Of a stretch of 33,965 bases of DNA, positions 7,106 through 15,500 are shown piece by piece (the stretch's first letter is position 1; each line of letters starts with the position of its first letter). Location: IMG/VR virus record IMGVR_UViG_3300032218_001330, positions 1 to 33,965 of that record; one strand, given 5' to 3'. The notes under the pieces were generated by a model, which did no database searches, was not told where the DNA came from, and was given only the letters and a program-made list of their open reading frames with translations. A program made the translations under genes and the position numbers. This DNA comes from a virus (Duplodnaviria > Caudoviricetes).

Positions 7106-7143
7106 TGTCTTGCCTCTCGTTAGTAGTTGAGCTTACATAGGCG

Positions 7144-7172
7144 AATTTAGTGCCTAGCTTTAAGCGTGTCAA
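7144..7172 (-). promoter_or_regulatory. strong sigma-A/sigma-70 consensus early promoter
   Basis: Minus strand TTGACA-17 bp-TAAATT, 38 nt upstream of the first early gene. Confidence 0.75.
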
Positions 7173-7188
7173 GCTAGTTTGGCCTTAT

Positions 7189-7460
7189 TTTGGTAACGGT
7201 TTGGTAACGATTCTTGGCCCTAATTCTTGGCCAATTGGTAGGCAATTGCTAGCTCTGGCTCTGGCCCTAAGTGATAGCGACGGGATGCAATGAGACGCGG
7301 GACGACAGTCCGCGGGGATTCCTTTCGCTAACCTAATCCGCAAGGCCATTAAGCGATTCGATTCGGCCCTAGTAATGAGAGACGGGCCGTCTATTCGTCC
7401 CCGATTCGTCTCCAATTTTCGGGCCGATTCTCCCTCGATTCTCTGGGTATTGATTCTTTC
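7189..7460. repeat. cluster of short direct repeats in the divergent non-coding region
   Basis: TTTGGTAACG x2 (7189, 7200), ATTCTTGGCC x2 (7210, 7223), tandem GCTCTG, GGCCCTA x3 and many GATTC units. Confidence 0.55.
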
Positions 7461-7608
7461 TTGGTAGGTAGGTTTAGACATGGCGGGCGGTTATGTCCAA
7501 GTCTCAACCCCAGGGTTTTAAGTATTGGCTCGCGCGGGTATCTATAATCAACCAAAGTATTTTTTCTAAATATAGGCCCTGACCTGGACTTATATACTAT
7601 AATATAAA

Positions 7609-7624
7609 TGTGACTAGAATCACA
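7609..7624. promoter_or_regulatory. CRP/GlxR-type palindromic binding site
   Basis: AAA-TGTGA-CTAGAA-TCACA is a perfect TGTGA-N6-TCACA, just downstream of a TATAAT (7598-7603) in an AT-rich intergenic tract. Confidence 0.6.
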
Positions 7625-7627
7625 CGA

Positions 7628-7870
7628 CTAAAAGCGGGATGAATGACCTTTATCCCGCCTTAGTATATAGTAGGGGGATACGGTGCCTGTGGAGTATCCC
7701 CACGACGGTGCAGAGTTACACTCTGCCAGATGGCCAAGCGGAGCTTCCAGCGGAGCGCAGGCCTTACAGCCTGCTGTTGATCCAACGGGTTAGGGCATTG
7801 CAAATGCCCCTAGTACAACCACCTGCAAGTACCCCGAAGGGGTACGTTAAACGGGTGTATTAGGTTTTTA
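7628..7870 (+). ncRNA. candidate structured RNA / structured leader upstream of terminase
   Basis: At least five consecutive hairpins: 7634-7658, 7674-7701, 7757-7774, 7793-7809 and 7820-7857, followed by a T-rich tract. Confidence 0.4.
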
Positions 7871-7895
7871 ATTTGGGAAGGGATATTACTGCCAT

Positions 7896-9794
7896 ATGGC
7901 CAAAATTCCCAAGAACCTTACACTTGCACCAACTGCGGAGCTTTCAGCTCCCCAAGCCAAAGAGCTAATTCTCAAGCTGGTTGAAGACGGGTTTTCAATT
8001 GCTGACTCCGTCCGTGCCGCCAAGAAATCTATTAAGTCCTACGAATACTATCGGGCATCCGATCCACAGTTTAAGGATGCCCTGGATTTAGCCCGCGCCG
8101 TTCAGCGCCGCAAAGGTGTTGTCTCAGAAGAAGACAAAGATATCACCTTTGAAGATTTTAGATTAAAGTTTCTTAACTCACAGACTTTTCCACACCAGCG
8201 AAATATCATCTCGCTGTTGGAAGAAGGACAGCCTGCCTGGCTACACCCAGGGATGACATTTGAAAAAGCCTTCCCCAACTACGTCTTAGTCAATATGCCA
8301 CCTGAGCATGCTAAGACCATGACAGTCTCCATTGACTATCTGACCTACATGATTGTTACTAATCCTAACATCCGTATTAAGGTAGTTTCTAAGACCCAAG
8401 CTATGGCCAAAGAATTCGTCTATGCTATTAAGCAAAGATTGACTTCCCCTACCTATGCTGAACTTCAGAGGCGATATGCCCCAGCCGATGGCTACAAAGC
8501 CTCAGCCGAGAAGTGGACAGCTGATTCGATTTACCTAGAACGAGATAGCGGTGAGAAAGACCCCACGCTGCAAGCACTAGGTATCGGCGGTCAAATCTAT
8601 GGAGCACGTGCCGATTTGATCGTACTAGATGACTGCGTCACCTTGGCAAATGCTAATGAGTATGAAAAGCAGATTCGATGGATTCAACAGGAAGTTCTTA
8701 CACGCGTTGGTCCAACTGGAAAGATTTTGATTGTTGGTACGCGAGTAGACCCTATGGACCTATACCGCGAGGTACGCAATCCTGATAGATACCCAGATGG
8801 AAAATCTCCTTGGACTTACCTGGCTATGCCAGCCGTATTAGAATTTAATGACAAGCCTGAAAAGTGGGTAACCCTTTGGCCTAAGTCAGACCGCCCATGG
8901 ATGGGCAGTGAAGATGAACCAGATGCAGAAGGATTATATCCGCGCTGGGATGGAAAGAATCTTAAGCAGCGTCGTGGCTTGCTTGACCCTAAGACCTGGG
9001 CCATGGTCTATCAGCAACAGGATGTAGATAGTGAAGCAGTCTTTAGCCCAGAATGTGTACGAGGTAGTGTCAGCGGTATGCGCTCGTCAGGCCCACTTAT
9101 TGTCGGCGCACCTGGACATCCTGCGTCCTTATCGTCATCATACACAATCTGTTCAATGGATCCAGCCATGTCAGGAGATACATTCTCCATCGTCTATGCA
9201 GGAGACAAGTTAACCCAAAAGCGCTACATACTAGAAGCAAGTCGTATGCCTGCTCCTACACCACAGCGTATTCGTGAACTTATCTTTAGTTGGACGGAAA
9301 AGTACAACCCAAAGGTTTGGGTCATTGAGAAGAACGCCTTCCAGTTGTTCTTGACAATGGATGAGGAAATCAATAAGTTTTTAGCAAGTCGAGGCATCCG
9401 CCTCGTTCAGCACTACACAGGTGCTAACAAGATGGATGCTGAGTTTGGTGTTGCTTCTATGGCTCCACTGTTTGGTTCAATAGATAAACTTGGCAAGCAC
9501 ATGGGAAACAATCTCATTGATCTACCAAGAACAGATAATGAAAACATTAAAGCTCTTATTGAGCAATTGATTACCTGGTCACCAGGAACAAAGAACAAGC
9601 AAGACGGACCAATGTCTTTATGGTTTGCAGAAACCCAGATGAGAGATTATATCAATCAGGCTGGTGCCTATGGAGCCACATGGGTTAAAAATCCATTTGC
9701 CACTCGCAATGACATTGCACGACGCAAGGTAGTAAATCTTGAAGAATACCAAAAAATGCAAGAACAAATCGCTTCTAACGGGGGTTACCTATAA
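7896..9794 (+). CDS. terL: terminase large subunit with N-terminal HTH (TerS-like) extension
   Basis: Walker A-like NMPPEHAKT, Walker B LIVLDD, motif III VGTR, RNase-H nuclease SMDPA...IEKN...QDGPMSLWF. The first ~75 aa look like an HTH. Confidence 0.9.
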   Translation: MAKIPKNLTLAPTAELSAPQAKELILKLVEDGFSIADSVRAAKKSIKSYEYYRASDPQFKDALDLARAVQRRKGVVSEEDKDITFEDFRLKFLNSQTFPHQRNIISLLEEGQPAWLHPGMTFEKAFPNYVLVNMPPEHAKTMTVSIDYLTYMIVTNPNIRIKVVSKTQAMAKEFVYAIKQRLTSPTYAELQRRYAPADGYKASAEKWTADSIYLERDSGEKDPTLQALGIGGQIYGARADLIVLDDCVTLANANEYEKQIRWIQQEVLTRVGPTGKILIVGTRVDPMDLYREVRNPDRYPDGKSPWTYLAMPAVLEFNDKPEKWVTLWPKSDRPWMGSEDEPDAEGLYPRWDGKNLKQRRGLLDPKTWAMVYQQQDVDSEAVFSPECVRGSVSGMRSSGPLIVGAPGHPASLSSSYTICSMDPAMSGDTFSIVYAGDKLTQKRYILEASRMPAPTPQRIRELIFSWTEKYNPKVWVIEKNAFQLFLTMDEEINKFLASRGIRLVQHYTGANKMDAEFGVASMAPLFGSIDKLGKHMGNNLIDLPRTDNENIKALIEQLITWSPGTKNKQDGPMSLWFAETQMRDYINQAGAYGATWVKNPFATRNDIARRKVVNLEEYQKMQEQIASNGGYL

Positions 9795-11626
9795 TGCTAG
9801 AGATTGATGTAATCTCAGATAAGCTGCGTAAACTACGCCAGCATTATCACACACGCGACTCTCGCTATGCAGATTTGCTCGCTATTCGTCAAGGAAAAAT
9901 TGATACAGTCTTCCCTGGTATGTTCTCTGAGGACTACCCAAAGCCAATGATTGCCAACTTTATTGACATCGCAGCACGCGATGTTGCTGAAGTTATTGCT
10001 CCACTTCCTGCTTTCAACTGCATGACTACTAACTCTGTCTCCGACAGATCACGTCAGAAGGCAGACCTTCGTACCATGATTGCTGCTGGTTACCGCGATA
10101 CTGCAAACCTTCAGACCATGATGTACTCAGGTGCAGACCGCTATTTGACATTTGGTATGCTGGCCTTCCTCATTGAAGAAGACCATGAGAATAACCGCCC
10201 AATGATTCGCATTGACAACCCAATTGGTTCTTACCCAGAGTTTGACCGATTTGGTAAACTGCTTTCATATTCAAAACGTTACACAAAGACTGTACGCGAA
10301 CTTATCAATGACTTCCCTGAGCATGAGAATGTTATCCGTGGACAGTTTGAAAACCGTAACTCAGAGCGCATCCTTGAGATGTTCCGCTACCAAGATAAGG
10401 ACCAGCTGGTTCTATTCTTACCTGAGCGTAATAACTTTGTTTTATCTCGTGCTGATAATAAGCTAGGTGAAATCCCAGTTGTATTAGCAATCCGTCCTGG
10501 CGTTGACTCAGATGAGCACCAACGTGGCCAGTTCGATGACATCATGTGGGTACAGGTTGCTCGTTCCCGCTTTGCAAGTTTGGCTCTGGAAGCCGCTCAG
10601 AAATCCGTTCAAGCGCCCTTCGCGCTACCTTCCGATGTTAATGTTCTTGAAATCGGTCCAGATGCCACTATCCGTTCAGCAAGCCCAGAGAAGATCCGTC
10701 GTGTTGACTTAAACATTCCTAACGGAATCTTCCAAGAGAACGCATTACTAGATCAAGAAATGCGTACTGGAGCACGTTACCCAGAAGGACGCTTAGGACA
10801 ACAGTCAGGTTCTATCGTTACTGGTCGTGGCGTACAAGCTCTCATGGGTGGCTTTGATACTCAGGTCAAGACAGCACAAGCTGTACTAGCTGAAGCATTT
10901 GCTAAAGTCATGCGCATCTGCTTTAAGATGGATGAAACCTTATGGCCTAATGTTGAAAAGGAAGTTCGTGGTATCAATGCAGGTGCTGCATATGAAATCA
11001 CTTACGTCCCAGCAAAAGACATTGATGGTAACTATCACTGCGATGTTACTTACGGCCTTATGGCAGGACTTGACCCTAACCGTGCATTAGTATTCGGATT
11101 GCAAGCACGTGGAGATAAGTTAATCTCACGCGACTTCCTACGTCGTCAAATGCCTTGGGAAATGAATGTTACCGCTGAAGAAGAAAAGGTTGAAGTAGAA
11201 GAACTGCGCGATGCCTTAATGCAATCAATTTCAGCATATGCTCAAGCAATTCCTGCAATGGCATCACAAGGACAAGATCCTTCAAATGTTTTACGTTCTA
11301 TGGCATTGGTTATTAAGGGACGTCAGAAAGGTAGAGCAATCGAAGATTTGGTTGCTGAAGCCTTTACCCCTGAACCAGCACCGCAAGTTTCCCCAGAGCA
11401 GGCTTTGCCTACTGGTGAGGCGCAAGGCGCCCCAGGACAGGCACCCTCTGGGGAGTCTCAGTTACCACCAGGTATGCAAGCATCTGGCCGTATGTCAGGT
11501 GTAGCGCCAGGACAAGCAGGTATGGCACCTGGCGGACGTCCAGACATGCAGATGTTACTTGCAGGTCTTTCATCTTCTGGTTCTCCAGTCTTACAGGCTG
11601 GCGTATCCAGACGTACATCAGTCTAA
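9794..11626 (+). CDS. portal protein
   Basis: 610-aa gene directly after terL (TAATG overlap). It has NFIDIAARD and TGRGVQAL motifs and a Pro/Gly/Gln-rich C-terminal tail typical of podovirus portals. Confidence 0.8.
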   Translation: MLEIDVISDKLRKLRQHYHTRDSRYADLLAIRQGKIDTVFPGMFSEDYPKPMIANFIDIAARDVAEVIAPLPAFNCMTTNSVSDRSRQKADLRTMIAAGYRDTANLQTMMYSGADRYLTFGMLAFLIEEDHENNRPMIRIDNPIGSYPEFDRFGKLLSYSKRYTKTVRELINDFPEHENVIRGQFENRNSERILEMFRYQDKDQLVLFLPERNNFVLSRADNKLGEIPVVLAIRPGVDSDEHQRGQFDDIMWVQVARSRFASLALEAAQKSVQAPFALPSDVNVLEIGPDATIRSASPEKIRRVDLNIPNGIFQENALLDQEMRTGARYPEGRLGQQSGSIVTGRGVQALMGGFDTQVKTAQAVLAEAFAKVMRICFKMDETLWPNVEKEVRGINAGAAYEITYVPAKDIDGNYHCDVTYGLMAGLDPNRALVFGLQARGDKLISRDFLRRQMPWEMNVTAEEEKVEVEELRDALMQSISAYAQAIPAMASQGQDPSNVLRSMALVIKGRQKGRAIEDLVAEAFTPEPAPQVSPEQALPTGEAQGAPGQAPSGESQLPPGMQASGRMSGVAPGQAGMAPGGRPDMQMLLAGLSSSGSPVLQAGVSRRTSV

Positions 11627-11667
11627 CGCGTTCTGATGTAACTACATAAACCCTATAGGAGAAACAA

Positions 11668-11850
11668 ATGAAAGCATCAAAGATGAGCACATCTGCTCCG
11701 AAGCCTGCTAATCAAGGTGGACATGGAACAGCAAACGTTCAACCAGCTAAGATTCAATCTAAAGCTGGATCAACAAAGCCAGGCGCATCAACAATCAAGT
11801 ACTCAGCAATACCATCAGGTACAAAGGGTACTAACAAAGGCGCTAAGTAA
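11668..11850 (+). CDS. small basic, low-complexity protein
   Basis: GGAG SD; 60 aa, rich in Lys/Gly/Ser/Thr. Confidence 0.65.
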   Translation: MKASKMSTSAPKPANQGGHGTANVQPAKIQSKAGSTKPGASTIKYSAIPSGTKGTNKGAK

Positions 11851-11854
11851 GAAT

Positions 11855-12073
11855 ATGTTTGAAGATGATGGCGAAGACATCCCCATTCGCTTAACACCGT
11901 GGGATGTCTTTGCTATTGTCACCAATTTAGTTTTAGATATTACCGTTAGTTTTGCAAAGTTTTTTAGTGCGATTACGCACATGTTAACAAATCAAGCAGA
12001 TGTCGTGGATGCCCAAAAGGCTTTTCACGATGATGTCGTCCGAACCATTGAGACTATTACAGAGGGTGAGTGA
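11855..12073 (+). CDS. small hypothetical protein with hydrophobic helix
   Basis: MFEDDGEDIPIRLTPWDVFAIVTNLVLDITVSFAKFFSAIT.... The start at 11855 avoids overlap with the previous gene. Confidence 0.65.
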   Translation: MFEDDGEDIPIRLTPWDVFAIVTNLVLDITVSFAKFFSAITHMLTNQADVVDAQKAFHDDVVRTIETITEGE

Positions 12074-12077
12074 TTAA

Positions 12078-12539
12078 ATGCCAGCTCCACAAAAGCCAGC
12101 GATGCAATCAGGCCCAGGCGCATTGTCGCAACGAACCGATGGCGGTCCAGCATCAAAGCAAGCAGTACGTTACGCATCAGGTATGCCATACGGCGAAGGA
12201 CAGGATTTTCTAGACATCCAGTCTTCTGCTGCAATGGAAAAAGCAACACCAGTACGTCCAGCATCACAACCTAGCCCACAAGTATCAGCTGGTGGTCAGC
12301 AAGTAGTTCCTTTAACTGCACCAACTCAGCGCCCTAATGAACCAATTACATCAGGAGTAGATGCTGGGGCAGGTCCTGGAATGGATTCACTAGGATTAAA
12401 CACAGCAGATAACGTTGCAGATCAAGCATACAAGCAACAGATTGCTTCTTACATGCCTGTGCTTATGTACATCGCTTCTCGTTCAGATACTTCCCCTGAA
12501 ACACGTAACGTGATTAGACAACTTCGGGAGAGCATGTGA
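12078..12539 (+). CDS. virion-associated hypothetical protein
   Basis: Pro/Gly/Gln-rich 153 aa with SGPGALSQRTD and PTQRPNEPITSG motifs, located in the structural operon. Confidence 0.7.
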   Translation: MPAPQKPAMQSGPGALSQRTDGGPASKQAVRYASGMPYGEGQDFLDIQSSAAMEKATPVRPASQPSPQVSAGGQQVVPLTAPTQRPNEPITSGVDAGAGPGMDSLGLNTADNVADQAYKQQIASYMPVLMYIASRSDTSPETRNVIRQLRESM

Positions 12540-15500
12540 GTGTATGGACTAGAGTAGGGCAATTTGCCAAAGATGTCGGTGTTGCTGTTGCATCACCTGC
12601 CAAATTTGTTTGGGATGTTGCTTCTTCACCTTTTAATAATGACGAGCATTTTAATGGCGTAGCCAATACGCTTGCTAACGCAACCAAGAATCTTGGTAGT
12701 TCATTACTTAAGCCTGTTGCTGATGTAGCAGCTTTGCCTGGCGTTTCACAAGCAGTTGCTGGAATCAATACGATTAACCAAAATGTTATCCGTGAGCCTT
12801 TGGCTACGGCTGCTTTGACTATCGGAGATACGCTTAGCGGTAAAGGCAGCATCTTTAATCCCAATGAGTGGAAAAAAGCATACGCTGCAACACAAGATAC
12901 ATTTGTTGTAAATCCAGATGACCCAACTAAGAAAATTAGAGTACCTGGAGTTTCATTTGGTCAGGCAGTAGTAGGTGCTGGCATAGGGTTAGCCAGCGAT
13001 AAGTTTGATATTTATGATCCAAAGCAACGCGAGGAAGCTTTCAAGAACAGTATGTTCGGTGAAGTTACTTCTGGCGCACTTGACTTTGGTATTCAGTTTG
13101 CTGGAGATGTAACCCTTGGTCTTGCCAAGGGTGTTAAAGTTCTCAAGGCTAGCGAGTACGGTGTTGGCGCTCTTACCAATGGAGATAAAGCAGCTAAAGC
13201 AGCAGAAGAAATTACCAAATCTGTTGCTGGACAAAAAAATCGCTTTACTCCTTTGATTGCAAACTTTACTAAAAACGATTCAACATATGCTATTAACCAC
13301 CCATTGGTTAAATCATCAAGTGAACCAGCATTTCTTGCAAATGTTTTAGGCGCAGCAAAAGATGAAGAAACAATTGGTCTTATTCTTCGTAGTTCACTTG
13401 GCGATGCTCACGCCATAGAAGAACTTAAATTAACACGCGCAGATTTATCACAAGCAATTAGCAACGCTAAAAAAGACATTGATTCATTTGATAAATTTAA
13501 GTTAAACCTAGCGCCAGATGCAGTTATCTTCCCATGGGAAGGTGCTGAAATTATGGCTGATGCGGCGGCAGCATTAGCTGCTGCTGAAAAACATGACGCA
13601 CAAGCTGCTAAGTTAATGCAGATTGCTGACGGTGGTGGTTCACTTACCCGCACAACTGGTACTTTACTACAAGGAACAGAAGACTTTATTGCTAAAGCAC
13701 GCTCAACAGCATTTTATGACAAGGCAGTTGGCGCACCTATAGTTAGGTTCTATCAGCCTACGCCTTTTCACCGCATGTATCAAGTAATTAGCCATGCAGA
13801 ACGTGAGCGCCCATCAGGACTTGCTGACGTTAACGATGCAGATTCATACAAAGAAATTATTGCAACCATTGATCGTGGACGTAAACTTGGAAAGCTTACT
13901 GAAGAACAAAGCAAGTTTCACCTTGATAACTATATTGGGCAAATGACTCCAGAAGGTCGCACTTCTGCGCTACATTATCTTGAACAAAATATATTGATTT
14001 CTGTTGCAAAAAGACACGGTATTTCAAAAGAGCAAGCAATGGACATTTGGAACGATGTTCATAATGCCCGCACATCTGCCGTTAATACGGTTAAAGAAAA
14101 AGGCTTTATGGTTGACCAGGATAAAAGTATCCTCAAGTTTCCAGTCTTCGAATCACAGACAGCTAACTTTGTACCTATCATGGACTTTGATTTAATGAAT
14201 CGCTTAATCAAGCGAAATCAATCTTCGATTGCTTTTCTTGGTCGTACTGCTGATACAACTATTCATTATGCCGACATCCTTCAGGATGCTTTTAAGGCAG
14301 CAGCTTTACTTCGCGGTGGTTACACTATCCGTAACGGAGTTGATTCACAACTGCGTATCATGGCTTCTCTTGGAGCAATGGCTTCAATCCGTCACTTAGG
14401 TGAAGGAATGAAAGACATGATGTTTGACAGAATCAAAGCCCCTTCAGCAATCTCAGATAGATTCAGCTTTTTACCAACAAAGAAGAACAGAATTGCAGAT
14501 GTTGTTACAACGCGCAATAATCTTACAGAAGAAATTGACACTCTTAAAAATCGTATAGTTGAACTAGAGGGTATGCCTGGTAGCGGAGCAAGATTCCATA
14601 ATGACTCTGTTGTGGCAGCACGTGAAGGTGCACAGTCTTATGCTCAAAAAATGGGTATTCCTTATGACGAAACTATTGATTTTAAGAATCTTAAAGCTGA
14701 CAAAGCTCGCGCTGCAAAAATTGCAGATGAATACGACAAGCTTCCAACTTATAGCAAAGAAGCAATTCCTCAATATAATGCTTTGATTAAAGAAGTTGAG
14801 CAACAGTATGACCATATGGTTAATGAGCTTGGTGTCGAAGTTGAGTTTGTAGACAAAGATCCATATAAAAATTCTAAAGAAATGATGGCTGATGTTAGCC
14901 AAGGCAAATTAAAAGTCTTAAAGACTTCTGCAACTGGTCCTCATCCTCACATGACAAATGAACAAAATGACAAGTTTCGCGCTGTTCATGATTATTTTGG
15001 TCATGCTGCAACTGGTCGTGGTTTTGCACAAAATGGTGAAGAAGCAGCATGGGTACATCACTCACAAATGTTTTCACCAGATGCTCGCGCTGCTTTAACT
15101 ACAGAAACACGTGGACAAAACTCTTGGTACAACACACGTGGCAAAGGATTTGCTGAACAAAAAGTAGCAGTTCTTCCAAAAGAGTATCATGAAATTACGT
15201 CAGATATTGCACGTGTTGGCGATCATCCTCTTAACGCAGATACTCTTGCTGAAATAAATACGCTTAAAAATCTTCTTGAAGAAAAAACAATGGTTGACAG
15301 CCATTATGCATCATTGATTACACGCATGTCTGGTAAGAATTTTAAGACACGAATGGGCCAAGGAACTATCGAACATACAACTAGCGATGGCCAGAAGTAC
15401 GAACTTTATGATTCTTTTGGTGGACCGCTAGGTGATATGTTCCGTAACTTAAATTCATCTGCTAGCACATATTCACGTTTGATGGATTCAAATGGTGACA

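Noticed and set aside
7185-7481. 98-aa minus-strand ORF
   Set aside because: It lies upstream of the consensus early promoter, is built from short DNA repeats, has an Arg/Pro/Ser-rich non-protein-like composition and no clear SD. It is probably non-coding but cannot be fully excluded.
7639-7863. 74-aa ORF upstream of terL as a candidate terminase small subunit
   Set aside because: No SD, no HTH or coiled-coil character, and it coincides with a run of hairpins better explained as nucleic-acid structure.
7628-7870. tRNA or tmRNA in the hairpin-rich region
   Set aside because: No cloverleaf, no TTCGA T-loop with correct spacing and no CCA acceptor arrangement were found.
14575-15225. Insert in the giant protein considered as an intein or intron
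   Set aside because: No N-terminal Cys/Ser block with a C-terminal His-Asn splice junction, no LAGLIDADG/HNH motif, and the reading frame is continuous.
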